From positions 273,172,001 to 273,236,000 of the forward strand of contig OZ024741.1 of NCBI GenBank assembly GCA_964016885.1: a stretch of DNA of 64,000 nt, written 5' to 3'. The notes beneath the pieces are model-generated. The model was given only the letters and a program-made list of their open reading frames with translations, searched no databases and was not told the DNA's origin. Positions 1 through 12,886 of this stretch are shown one piece after another; within the stretch, counting starts at the first letter, position 1; each line of letters opens with the position of its first letter. A program made the position numbers and the translations under genes. This DNA is from Eledone cirrhosa. Taxonomy: Eukaryota.

Positions 1-3000
1 ATTTTAAATCGTATGGTTGATTGTAGACTTGTTCTATATGTGACGGTATTTTAACGATAGTTATAGCTCTGATTCATCTGAATTATTGAGCCCTCTGCCG
101 CTCATATCGGATTTCGTTTTTCGTTAACTCGTGCGCCGATTTTTCGATACTCGATCTTTCTAATATATTTAGCTCTGGACATAGCTATCCACCAGTTAAT
201 TTTATTGCTCATATTTTGTCGATTCTATTGAGTGATGAATAGCTTTTGTTTTATTTTAACATGTCTATTGAGCACTCTAATTCGATATGTGTATTTCCAC
301 ATTCACTCGAATTATTTTCGCGGATATAGGGGTCATCTCCCTTGTCTAATGCCATGTGCGTTTTTCACCGCTAGTTGACTCCTTTGCCGCCAGGATAAAA
401 CTCGTTGACAACGTAAACTCCATTCCACTTATTCTAGTAGGCTTTTATATTTATATGTGAGCTGATAGAGTACTGTCTAAGGATTTACAGAAACCCATGA
501 AGCTAGATTTAACACCTTTCTAGTGGGTCCGGGTATGATTTTACATTCATTTAAATTATTGACGTATTGTTTTATTGATATTTTTTATCTGTTTGGCCCG
601 AATCTTCCTTTATCGATTTTAAATCGTATGGTTGATTGTAGACTTGTTCTATATGTGACGGTATTTTAACGATAGTTATAGCTCTGATTCATCTGAATTA
701 TTGAGCCCTCTGCCGCTCATATCGGATTTCGTTTTTCGTTAACTCGTGCGCCGATTTTTCGATACTCGATCTTTCTAATATATTTAGCTCTGGACATAGC
801 TATCCACCAGTTAATTTTATTGCTCATATTTTGTCGATTCTATTGAGTGATGAATAGCTTTTGTTTTATTTTAACATGTCTATTGAGCACTCTAATTCGA
901 TATGTGTATTTCCACATTCACTCGAATTATTTTCGCGGATATAGGGGTCATCTCCCTTGTCTAATGCCATGTGCGTTTTTCACCGCTAGTTGACTCCTTT
1001 GCCGCCAGGATAAAACTCGTTGACAACGTAAACTCCATTCCACTTATTCTAGTAGGCTTTTATATTTATATGTGAGCTGATAGAGTACTGTCTAAGGATT
1101 TACAGAAACCCATGAAGCTAGATTTAACACCTTTCTAGTGGGTCCGGGTATGATTTTACATTCATTTAAATTATTGACGTATTGTTTTATTGATATTTTT
1201 TATCTGTTTGGCCCGAATCTTCCTTTATCGATTTTAAATCGTATGGTTGATTGTAGACTTGTTCTATATGTGACGGTATTTTAACGATAGTTATAGCTCT
1301 GATTCATCTGAATTATTGAGCCCTCTGCCGCTCATATCGGATTTCGTTTTTCGTTAACTCGTGCGCCGATTTTTCGATACTCGATCTTTCTAATATATTT
1401 AGCTCTGGACATAGCTATCCACCAGTTAATTTTATTGCTCATATTTTGTCGATTCTATTGAGTGATGAATAGCTTTTGTTTTATTTTAACATGTCTATTG
1501 AGCACTCTAATTCGATATGTGTATTTCCACATTCACTCGAATTATTTTCGCGGATATAGGGGTCATCTCCCTTGTCTAATGCCATGTGCGTTTTTCACCG
1601 CTAGTTGACTCCTTTGCCGCCAGGATAAAACTCGTTGACAACGTAAACTCCATTCCACTTATTCTAGTAGGCTTTTATATTTATATGTGAGCTGATAGAG
1701 TACTGTCTAAGGATTTACAGAAACCCATGAAGCTAGATTTAACACCTTTCTAGTGGGTCCGGGTATGATTTTACATTCATTTAAATTATTGACGTATTGT
1801 TTTATTGATATTTTTTATCTGTTTGGCCCGAATCTTCCTTTATCGATTTTAAATCGTATGGTTGATTGTAGACTTGTTCTATATGTGACGGTATTTTAAC
1901 GATAGTTATAGCTCTGATTCATCTGAATTATTGAGCCCTCTGCCGCTCATATCGGATTTCGTTTTTCGTTAACTCGTGCGCCGATTTTTCGATACTCGAT
2001 CTTTCTAATATATTTAGCTCTGGACATAGCTATCCACCAGTTAATTTTATTGCTCATATTTTGTCGATTCTATTGAGTGATGAATAGCTTTTGTTTTATT
2101 TTAACATGTCTATTGAGCACTCTAATTCGATATGTGTATTTCCACATTCACTCGAATTATTTTCGCGGATATAGGGGTCATCTCCCTTGTCTAATGCCAT
2201 GTGCGTTTTTCACCGCTAGTTGACTCCTTTGCCGCCAGGATAAAACTCGTTGACAACGTAAACTCCATTCCACTTATTCTAGTAGGCTTTTATATTTATA
2301 TGTGAGCTGATAGAGTACTGTCTAAGGATTTACAGAAACCCATGAAGCTAGATTTAACACCTTTCTAGTGGGTCCGGGTATGATTTTACATTCATTTAAA
2401 TTATTGACGTATTGTTTTATTGATATTTTTTATCTGTTTGGCCCGAATCTTCCTTTATCGATTTTAAATCGTATGGTTGATTGTAGACTTGTTCTATATG
2501 TGACGGTATTTTAACGATAGTTATAGCTCTGATTCATCTGAATTATTGAGCCCTCTGCCGCTCATATCGGATTTCGTTTTTCGTTAACTCGTGCGCCGAT
2601 TTTTCGATACTCGATCTTTCTAATATATTTAGCTCTGGACATAGCTATCCACCAGTTAATTTTATTGCTCATATTTTGTCGATTCTATTGAGTGATGAAT
2701 AGCTTTTGTTTTATTTTAACATGTCTATTGAGCACTCTAATTCGATATGTGTATTTCCACATTCACTCGAATTATTTTCGCGGATATAGGGGTCATCTCC
2801 CTTGTCTAATGCCATGTGCGTTTTTCACCGCTAGTTGACTCCTTTGCCGCCAGGATAAAACTCGTTGACAACGTAAACTCCATTCCACTTATTCTAGTAG
2901 GCTTTTATATTTATATGTGAGCTGATAGAGTACTGTCTAAGGATTTACAGAAACCCATGAAGCTAGATTTAACACCTTTCTAGTGGGTCCGGGTATGATT

Positions 3001-3846
3001 TTACATTCATTTAAATTATTGACGTATTGTTTTATTGATATTTTTTATCTGTTTGGCCCGAATCTTCCTTTATCGATTTTAAATCGTATGGTTGATTGTA
3101 GACTTGTTCTATATGTGACGGTATTTTAACGATAGTTATAGCTCTGATTCATCTGAATTATTGAGCCCTCTGCCGCTCATATCGGATTTCGTTTTTCGTT
3201 AACTCGTGCGCCGATTTTTCGATACTCGATCTTTCTAATATATTTAGCTCTGGACATAGCTATCCACCAGTTAATTTTATTGCTCATATTTTGTCGATTC
3301 TATTGAGTGATGAATAGCTTTTGTTTTATTTTAACATGTCTATTGAGCACTCTAATTCGATATGTGTATTTCCACATTCACTCGAATTATTTTCGCGGAT
3401 ATAGGGGTCATCTCCCTTGTCTAATGCCATGTGCGTTTTTCACCGCTAGTTGACTCCTTTGCCGCCAGGATAAAACTCGTTGACAACGTAAACTCCATTC
3501 CACTTATTCTAGTAGGCTTTTATATTTATATGTGAGCTGATAGAGTACTGTCTAAGGATTTACAGAAACCCATGAAGCTAGATTTAACACCTTTCTAGTG
3601 GGTCCGGGTATGATTTTACATTCATTTAAATTATTGACGTATTGTTTTATTGATATTTTTTATCTGTTTGGCCCGAATCTTCCTTTATCGATTTTAAATC
3701 GTATGGTTGATTGTAGACTTGTTCTATATGTGACGGTATTTTAACGATAGTTATAGCTCTGATTCATCTGAATTATTGAGCCCTCTGCCGCTCATATCGG
3801 ATTTCGTTTTTCGTTAACTCGTGCGCCGATTTTTCGATACTCGATC

Positions 3847-3858
<12 letters not shown>
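1..3858 (+). repeat. 615-bp tandem array, about 6.3 apparently identical copies, open at the window start and ending in (TA)n; retrozyme-like
   Basis: The unit start ATTTTAAATCGTATGG recurs at 1, 616, 1231, 1846, 2461, 3076 and 3691. The array stops at the unit-internal CTAATATAT, which runs into (TA)n. Confidence 0.95.
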
Positions 3859-3898
<40 letters not shown>

Positions 3899-4064
3899 TA
3901 AGTATTTCCGTGGAAAAGGTAAAGGAAAGAAGAGTGCTCTATGTATAGTACAGAGCTATTTAATTGGGTAATAGAATAATTATATTGTGTTGTTTATTAC
4001 ATTATATATATATATATAATGTATGTATGTATATATATGTATGTATGTATATATGTATATATAT

Positions 4065-4242
4065 AATTGTTTCTACTTTTGGCACAAGGCCAGCAATTTA
4101 CTGGTACTTTATTTGATCGACCCCGTAAGGATGAAAGGCAAAGTTGACCTCAGCGGGATTTGAACTGAGAATGCAAAGGGACGTAACTCTTTGCTGCAAA
4201 GCATGGCGTCCGACCCTCTACCGATACTGCCAATCCACCGCC
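4065..4242 (-). mobile_element. tRNA-derived SINE (family A)
   Basis: The reverse strand has A-box-like TGGCAGTATCGG, B-box GTTCAAATCCC and the conserved GCCTTTCATCCTTACGGGGTCGAT core; the family is multi-copy in the window. Confidence 0.85.
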
Positions 4243-4414
4243 CCTTATATTATATATATATATATATATATAACGACAATAAGCATGGACGAGGTGTCAA
4301 CTTTTCATTACGTCTATTCAGGTGTGATACACGTTTCGTGATTGATCAGCTCAAGGCTGGATCTCTATCGATCGGGCCCGACTCTGGAATCAAAAGCTCA
4401 TCAGACTTCTGTTA

Positions 4415-4456
<42 letters not shown>

Positions 4457-4464
<8 letters not shown>

Positions 4465-4792
4465 AGATCAAAAGATGGTTAAAGGAGTTCCATATATTTT
4501 ATTATGCGCATTTCAAAAACAAACATCATCAAGCAATAATATTTGTGTTTTCATCAGATAAAACAGGAGAACATGATATGAAGGCTAAAAAACACTTGTG
4601 GATAGTGCAGTTTTAAATCAACATATGTTGATTTAAAACTGCACTATCCACAAGTGTTTTTTAGCCTTCATATCATGTTCTCCTGTTTTATCTGATGAAA
4701 ACACAAATATTATTGCTTGATGATGTTTGTTTTTGAAATGCGCATAATAAAATATATGGAACTCCTTTAACCATCTTTTGATCTTATATTAT
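4457..4792. mobile_element. Perfect ~336-bp palindrome of a PLE pLTR-like HHR element
   Basis: The arms are reverse complements about the centre CAACAT|ATGTTG (4624/4625); each arm carries an HHR followed by AATAAA and a tail pointing outward. Confidence 0.85.
4685..4753 (+). ncRNA. Type I minimal hammerhead ribozyme (mirror copy 4496-4564, minus strand)
   Basis: GTTTTAT-CTGATGA-long stem II-GAA-ATGCGCAT (palindromic stem III)-A^-ATAAAAT; stem I GTTTTAT/ATAAAAT pairs fully with one G-U. Confidence 0.75.
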
Positions 4793-4875
4793 GCATACTC
4801 CAGTCCCACAAACTGTAGAGTGCTTCTTATCCGATATCTGCATTGCTTTATTGTACTACAATAAAACTCACCTCC

Positions 4876-4942
<67 letters not shown>

Positions 4943-5209
4943 GTATGCATACATGCAGACACACACACACAAGTACATGTGTAAACCCACACGCACGCAT
5001 TCATGCTGCTGTTGTTGGTTATTGTTTTTGCTGTTTCAGTTGGTGATGGTGTTGTTGTTGTTGTTGCTGATGTAACCAAGACTTTTGTTTTTCAAGGAGA
5101 ACAAAAGAAAATTCAAATGATCTTTTAAAATAATCTCTCTCGCCCTCAGCTCTCTCTCTCTTTCTTTTCAGTCATGTATGTGTTGGTTGTGTTATGCGAC
5201 TGCGCTTTA

Positions 5210-5464
5210 ATGTGTGTGTGTGTATGTGAGTGTCTGCAGGTGTGTACATATAGGTGTGTGTGTCTGTGTGTGTGTGGTGTGTGTGTGTATGTGAGTGTCA
5301 GCAGGTGTGTGTATATATATATGTGTGTGTGTGTGTGCGTGTGTGTGTGTATGTGAGTGTCTGCAGCTGTATACATATTGGTAGGTGTGTGTGTGTGTGT
5401 GTGTGTGTGTGAGCGTCTGCAGGTGTGTATATATATATATGTGGTGTGAGCGTCTGCAGGTGTG

Positions 5465-5495
<31 letters not shown>

Positions 5496-6220
5496 ATGTA
5501 TGTGAGTGTCTGCATGTGTTTATGTGAGTGTCTGCAGGTGTGTATATATGTGTGTGTGTGTGTGTGTGTGTGAGTGTCTGCAGGTGTGTACATATAGGTG
5601 TGTGTGTGTGGTGTGTGTGTATGTGAGTGTCTGCAGGTGTGTACATATATATATGTGTATGTGTGTGTGCGTGTATGTGAGTGTCTGCAGGTGTGTATAT
5701 ATATATGTGTGTGTGTGCGTGTGTGTGTGTGTGCGGTTTATGTGTGTGGTGTGCATGTGTGTGGTGTGTGTGTATGTGAGTGGCTGCAGGTATGTATATA
5801 TATGTGGGTGTGTGTGTGTGTGTGTGTGGTGTGTGTGCGTGCGGTTTATGTGTGTGGTGTGTGTGTGTGTATGAATGTGAGTGTCTGCACGTGTGTATAT
5901 ATAGGCGTATGTGTGTACGTATGTGCATGTGTACGTATGCGCGCGCGTCTGTGTGAGTGTCTGCACATATATGTACGTATGTGTATGTGTGTCTATGTTT
6001 GTGTGTATATACGCTTGTGTAAGGTTTGTATATGTGTATGTATGTGAGTGTCTGCACGTGTGTGTACGTATGTATGTCTGCGCGTGTGTGTGTGTGTGTC
6101 TGTACGAATGTGTCTGTCCGTATGTGTATGTATGTGTGTGTGTGTGTATGAGTGTGTGTGTGTACGTGTGTGTGTATGTATATGTGTGTGTGTGTGTGTA
6201 TGTATGTGTGTGTACGTGTT
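5210..6220. repeat. Compound (TG)n/(TA)n minisatellite with recurring GTGAGTGTCTGCAGG unit
   Basis: Direct inspection; it is the source of the spurious His/Thr and Val/Cys ORFs. Confidence 0.9.
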
Positions 6221-6325
6221 CGGTATTTGTCAACCTCCACATAATATGTCCATGACCATGAATATGTATCAATATCGTCTAGCTGTATCTGTTTGCATAA
6301 TCTCTCTCTAATATATATATATATG

Positions 6326-6886
6326 TAAGTATGTATACGTACATACATATATGTATACAGACGTACAGTAGTATGTATATATATACATACATGCACATAT
6401 ATATATATATGTACGTATGGATTCACCGAACATTTATTATGATGCTCGGTGTGTTTGTAAACAAACATCCCGAATTAAGCCATAGTGTCCAGCAACCATC
6501 GTTGCTCATTTGTTCAACACTGACAAAGGAACGCTGTACTAGTTTCAAGCTTATTAGCTATCGTCAGCAACGTATACCTTCCTGCCAGATGATTGAACGT
6601 TTGAAAGTATATACTTTCCTTATGCATATTAACGGCTGAGCAGCCTAATTTGCATATCGAGTGAGTTAATCGGCCGGGGTACTGAAAACGATAAACAGAA
6701 AAAATGAAACGAAATTTCATTTCTCACACTTAGTACGGCTGTTACTTAAATATAAGTATGTATACGTACATACATATATGTATACAGACGTACAGTAGTA
6801 TGTATATATATATACATACATGCACACATATATATATGTACGTATGGATTCACCGAACATTTAGTGAGTTAATCGGCCGGGGTACT
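6326..6886 (-). mobile_element. Non-coding HHR element with ~427-bp partial tandem repeat (family B; relative at 40895-41300)
   Basis: TAAGTATGTATACGTAC recurs at 6326 and 6753; HHR at 6528-6582; the element abuts (TA)n. Confidence 0.75.
6528..6582 (-). ncRNA. Type I minimal hammerhead ribozyme
   Basis: Minus strand GGAA-ggtata-CGTTG-CTGACGA-T-AGCT-AATA-AGCT-T-GAA-ACTAGT-A^-CAGCG-TTCC; stem I covaries with the copy at 40898-40952. Confidence 0.85.
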
Positions 6887-6897
6887 TTGGAAGGGTC

Positions 6898-7185
6898 ATG
6901 TTGAATAAGAATATAGTGTACATAGGTGAGACAGCTCGTAGTATAGGAGAACGGATAAATGAACACTGGCGAGAGCTTCAAGATAGAAAAGATTCATCAG
7001 TACTCCACCAACATGCCAAAATAGAAGATAAGGGTAAATTAGAGAACATAGAAATAAAAATAGAATCTACAGACAGAAAAGACGCAATGTTTAGACAAAT
7101 CACAGAGGCAATAAACATAAATGAACTCCAACCAAAATTAAATAGAAAACATGAATGGAATAGCAACATCACAACTTACAATTAA
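6898..7185 (+). pseudogene. Penelope-like element GIY-YIG endonuclease, C-terminal fragment
   Basis: VYIGETARSIGERINEH...RQITEAINI...PKLNRK; followed by a pLTR with an HHR and a (TA)n-joined tail at 7588. Confidence 0.85.
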
Positions 7186-7392
7186 GGACAAAATGAAAAC
7201 ACACACACACACATAGAACAAACAACCAACCAGTAACATGTTAATAAACAAATAAATAAACAAATATAAACACACACAGACACCCGGATGTAACACATGC
7301 GCAAACTAAGCATACAACACACACAAAAAACAAGATGACATAGGACAGAACAAAGGAGAGGCACAAAAACAAAGAAAAGAAAATAATCCCCA

Positions 7393-7435
7393 GTCACTGA
7401 AGAGGTCACAGAATGTGTGACGAAAGAACTTTGAC
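7393..7435 (+). ncRNA. Minimal hammerhead ribozyme in a PLE pLTR (7186-7588)
   Basis: GTCA-CTGAAGA-G-GTCACA/TGTGAC-GAAAGAACTT^-TGAC; related motifs near 12311-12355(-), 13737-13776(+), 26577-26620(-) and 26920-26963(+). Confidence 0.65.
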
Positions 7436-7933
7436 AATATATGAACAAGCGTCCGGTTGTGGAACCAACCAACCAACCGGAAATTTATAAATTCCTAAAT
7501 TTATAAATTTAATTTATAATAAATTGGAGTGAAAGCAACTGGTGCGTGTGTTTCTTATTGGCAACATGACCCTCCCAAAGCATAACAATATATATATATA
7601 TATTCATATATATATACGGGATAACAGGTTATCGTTATAGGTAGTCCACTTAGATGTAGTCCAGTTAGAGTACTCCGTGTTGTGGATGGTATTGACGTAT
7701 GCCTTAGTTTGACTCAACAAGACGTTTCCATAGTGATGCTGCGAGTTCGCGCTGATTTCTATGTAGTTTATACTTGGAGTATTAATAATTCAAGACAGAA
7801 GAGTGAATAAAGCCCTTATTGTATAGTCAACCATGTCACTCTTCTTTCTTGAATTATATACATATATATATATGTATATATATATGTATATATGTATATA
7901 TATATGTATATATATATATATGTATATATATAT

Positions 7934-9226
7934 AGGTGTACCAAGTCTTTCACTGGTCGCTTTACAGTGAGCGGCCCAGCTATTCTGTATGTAAACACAC
8001 AGACAAACCGGTTTTTAGAGTCATACTGGTTTTTGGGGGAACACCTTCCCCCTATTCTCCAGAAAGCCAGACAAGGAATATTGAACTAGTTTCGTTGTTG
8101 TTACAACTCATCACCAATATTTACCTATCTACCGGCCTTTCTGGAGAATTGTAAAAGCACATATCGTTATATGCTTTTTCTATGAAAATTAGTAGTGGGC
8201 AGACTAATTTGCATAGAGTGTGAGTACGCACCGGTTCAGCGGAGACGATAAAAACAAATAACGAAACGAAATTAAATTTCGTTTCGTTTGTAACTCACTT
8301 TTGTATGACTGACGCTTAAACAATTAAGTAAACGAAACGAAATTTAATTTCGTTTCGTTATTTGTTTTTATCGTCTCCGCTGAACCGGTGCGTACTCACA
8401 CTCTATGCAAATTAGTCTGCCCACTACTAATTTTCATAGAAAAAGCATATAACGATATGTGCTTTTACAATTCTCCAGAAAGGCCGGTAGATAGGTAAAT
8501 ATTGCTGATGAGTTGTAACAACAACGAAACTAGTTCAATATTCCTTGTCTGGCTTTCTGGTGAATAGGGGGAAGGTGTTCCCCCCAAAACCAGTATGACT
8601 CTAAAAACCGGTTTGTCTGTGTGTTTACATACAGAATAGCTGGGCCGCTCACTGTAAAGCGACCAGTGAAAGACTTGGTACACCTACATATGTATACGTG
8701 TGTGTATTCATATACACACTAGTATTTCAGTATGCATATGTAGATGTACATTTTTAACTTAATTGTTTAAGCGTCAGTCATACAAAAGTGAGTTACAAAC
8801 GAAACGAAATTTAATTTCGTTTCGTTATTTGTTTTTATCGTCTCCGCTGAACCGGTGCGGACTCACACTCTATGCAAATTAGTCTGCCCACTACTAATTT
8901 TCATAGAAAAAGCATATAACGATATGTGCTTTTACAATTCTCCAGAAAGGCCGGTAGATAGGTAAATATTGGTGATGAGTTGTAACAACAACGAAACTAG
9001 TTCAATATTCCTTGTCTGGCTTTCTGGAGAATAGGGGGAAGGTGTTCCCCCAAAAACCAGTATGACTCTAAAAACCGGTTTGTCTGTGTGTTTACATACA
9101 GAATAGCTGGGCCGCTCACTGTAAAGCGACCAGTGAAAGACTTGGTACACCTACATATGTATACGTGTGTGTATTCATATACACACTAGTATTTCAGTAT
9201 GCATATGTAGATGTACATTTTTAACT

Positions 9227-9227
<1 letters not shown>
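7934..9227. mobile_element. HHR element family C: one inverted copy (7934-8329) plus ~1.9 tandem 467-bp copies (8330-9227), flanked by (TA)n
   Basis: Near-identical units in inverted-plus-tandem arrangement typical of PLE pLTR insertions; HHR motifs at 8077-8121(-), 8498-8542(+) and 8965-9009(+). Confidence 0.85.
8498..8542 (+). ncRNA. Type I minimal hammerhead ribozyme, intact core
   Basis: AATATTG-CTGATGA-GTTGT-AACA-ACAAC-GAA-ACTAGT-T^-CAATATT, with an extended stem I (TTCTCCAGAAAG / CTTTCTGGTGAA). Confidence 0.88.
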
Positions 9228-9301
<74 letters not shown>

Positions 9302-9439
9302 AATGTAAGTTTCTACACAAAACGAAGGTTATAGAGAAAATTGAGGTTGGTAATGGCACATGGAAGATATAAGAGACAGAATACTTTTTTGTGAAAAAAC
9401 ATATAATTTTATAAGGTAAGGAAAAAATAAAGGATATAA

Positions 9440-9487
9440 AAAATGACCGGTTTCGATGGGTCTGCAAAAGCCATCTTTTCAAATGTT
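9440..9487 (-). ncRNA. Hammerhead variant with U3-A8 core
   Basis: Minus strand AACAT-TTGAAAA-GATGG...CCATC-GAA-ACCGGT-C^-ATTTT; one stem I mismatch. Confidence 0.6.
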
Positions 9488-9844
9488 GATTAATATTAAG
9501 AAAAATTAATAATAAGAAGAGTTAAAATTTGAGATTTGAAAATTCAAGTATAAAATTCAGTGTTGGATTTCATAGCAGTTTTCATCTTGGTAGCAGCAAG
9601 TTGACTGCTGTGTGTCCCTTTCTGGTAGTGAATGAGGAATTATTTGTGGGGAGTGGTTTTTATTAAAGGTCAGATTTAGCAATGGCCAAATGGCCAGCTG
9701 CTGGTCAGTGAGGGGGTGGAGGCAATATACATACATATATCTCCATGTGGTCGGTAGGAGAGGGGAGAGTGATAGAAAGGTATTTAGTGCACTTACACCT
9801 ATATATACACACATACCCTCATCCACACACACATACATATACAT

Positions 9845-9889
<45 letters not shown>

Positions 9890-10008
9890 ACCTTACTTTC
9901 TAATATATATATATATAGAAGTAGTAACACAACAGTTAGTTCACCGTACCGAGAACAATTGTTTCACCTTATGCGCATCTTCACTACGGATATTACCTTC
10001 CAGTGTAC

Positions 10009-10985
<977 letters not shown>

Positions 10986-10990
10986 ATATA

Positions 10991-11160
10991 TAGGAAAATG
11001 TCCAAGACCCCGAGGGCAGAGCTCAAGCCGTGGTTGAAACGGCTTGAGCTCTGCCGTCGGGGTCTTGAACATTTTCCTATTACCCACTCTACTACCCTAA
11101 GTATTTAGTACTCTGGTGCGTTGTGGTCCATCTGGTTCCTTGCCACACTTCCTTCGTTAC
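10991..11160 (+). mobile_element. Foldback family D carrying the 3' half of a hammerhead (copies 33217-33415, 40324-40428, 49842-50032, diverged 62970-63070)
   Basis: Hairpin GACCCCGANGGCAGAGCTCAAGCCG...GAAACGGCTTGAGCTCTGCCGTC^GGGGTC with a shared tail ending at (TA)n. Confidence 0.75.
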
Positions 11161-11174
11161 ACACATATATATAT

Positions 11175-12122
11175 ATGAAAGACGTAAAATAAGAAAATTT
11201 TAAAAATTAAAAATTAACTTACTTACTAAAATTTTCACTCCAACTAATTAGTTTCTGTAAGGGAATAAATATAGTTACGTAATGTAACTATAGAGAAGTC
11301 CTTACGTCATCAGGGATTCTATTCTCAGCTAAGTTCCCAGGCAATGCGCGGACACTAGGAACCCATATAAAAATAATAATTCAGTGGATGGAATAAAGCT
11401 AGCGGGGACTAAATTTTAGTAAGTAAGTTAATTTTTAATTTTTTAAATTTTCTTATTTTACGTCTTTCATATAATTGTTCTGCATAGCCCTGCATAGAAC
11501 CACAAAGGTACTAAGACATAACATATATATTTGCTAGCATGGGTATACATCTGTATACATATGTTGGTAGATATACTAATTCTCTATATTTATCTCCAAA
11601 TTATTTGTTGAGCGAAACTTGCCAAAATGTACTGCTATGGTTCATTGTAGTAGTTAGGCTCTTGTCATAATACCACCCCATTCCTCACTGATTAACCTCA
11701 GTGTCACGTGATTGATTCTTTAGAATTTGCCACTGACCAAGTAGGCAGTGAATTTTTTAAGTGCCCTGGAATTTAGTCCCCGCTAGCTTTATTCCATCCA
11801 CTGAATTATTATTTTTATATGGGTTCCTAGTGTCCGCGCATTGCCTGGGAACTTAGCTGAGAATAGACTCCCTGATGACGTAAGAACTTCTCTATAGTTA
11901 CATTACGTAACTATATTTATTCCCTTACAGAAACTAATTAGTTGGAGTGAACATTTTAGTAAGTAAGTTAATTTTTAATTTTTTAAATTTTCTTATTTTA
12001 CGTCTTTCATATAATTGTTCTGCATAGCCCTGCATAGAACCACAAAGGTACTAAGAGATAACATATATATTTGCTAGCATGGGTATACATCTGTATACAT
12101 ATGTTGGTAGATATACTAATTC
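11175..12122. mobile_element. HHR element family E: inverted arm plus 540-bp tandem repeat
   Basis: ATTTTAGTAAGTAAGTT recurs at 11413 and 11953; 11175-11412 is the reverse complement of part of the unit; HHRs at 11237-11318(-) and 11867-11948(+). Confidence 0.85.
11867..11948 (+). ncRNA. Type I hammerhead ribozyme with long stem II
   Basis: ACTCC-CTGATGA-C-GTAAG..TATAGTTAC/GTAACTATA..CTTAC-A-GAA-ACTAATTAGT-T^-GGAGT. Confidence 0.82.
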
Positions 12123-12146
12123 TCTCTCTATATATATATATATATA

Positions 12147-12448
12147 TTGTTATACTTTGGGAGAGTCATGTTGCCAATAAGAAACAGGAACCAGTTGCTT
12201 TCACTCCAATTTATTATAAATTAAAAAAAACTTTTTTTTAATTTTCAAAAAAAATTTATAAATTTCCGGTTGGTTGGTTGGTTCCACAACCGGACGGTTT
12301 TTCATATATTGTCAAAGTTCTTTCGTCACACATTCTGTTACCTCTTCAGGTGACTGGGGATTCTTTTCTTTGTTTTGTGCCTCTCCTATCTTGTTTGTGT
12401 GTGCGTGTGTTTCTTATTGGCAACATGACCCTCCCAAAGTATAACAAT
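12147..12448. mobile_element. PLE pLTR fragment with the same 3' terminus inverted at both ends
   Basis: TTGTTATACTTTGGGAGAGTCATGTTGCCAATAAGAAAC ... GTTTCTTATTGGCAACATGACCCTCCCAAAGTATAACAA; the interior matches 7340-7540 in reverse. Confidence 0.8.
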
Positions 12449-12501
12449 ACGGTTTCAACACACGTTTTCAGATAAAGAATCTTGCTAAACAAATTCAGAA
12501 A

Positions 12502-12560
<59 letters not shown>

Positions 12561-12669
12561 ATATTCATATATATATATATATTCATATATATATATATAT
12601 ATTCATATATATATATATATATATTCATTCATATATATATATATATATATATATATTCATATATATATA

Positions 12670-12712
<43 letters not shown>

Positions 12713-12714
<2 letters not shown>

Positions 12715-12886
12715 CTGTTTCTACTTTTGGCACAAGGTCAGCAATTACCCAGTACATTACTGGTACTTTATTTTATCGACCCCGTATGGATGAAAGGCAA
12801 AGTTAACCTCAGCGGGATTTGAACTCAGATCGTAAAGAGACGTAACTATGCTGGAAAGCATGTCCGACCCTCTACCGATACTGCCA
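12713..12886 (-). mobile_element. tRNA-derived SINE (family A)
   Basis: Same B-box and core as 4065-4242. Confidence 0.85.

Noticed and set aside
4322-4407. CTGATGA...GAAACGTGTA motif on the minus strand
   Set aside because: Stem I could not be paired; at most a decayed HHR.
5146-6468. 440-aa His/Thr-rich ORF and overlapping Val/Cys ORFs
   Set aside because: Translation of (CA)/(TG) microsatellite; no domain content.
7936-9150. 72-aa ORF repeated three times
   Set aside because: It lies antisense to the HHR in a repeated element and has a non-ATG start; conservation reflects recent duplication.
9945-9990. GTGAAGA...GAA-ACAATTGT-T on the minus strand; similarly CAGAAGA...GAAAGCAA/TTGCTT at 33441-33481
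   Set aside because: Cores are mutated and stem I is weak or missing; counted only as possible remnants.
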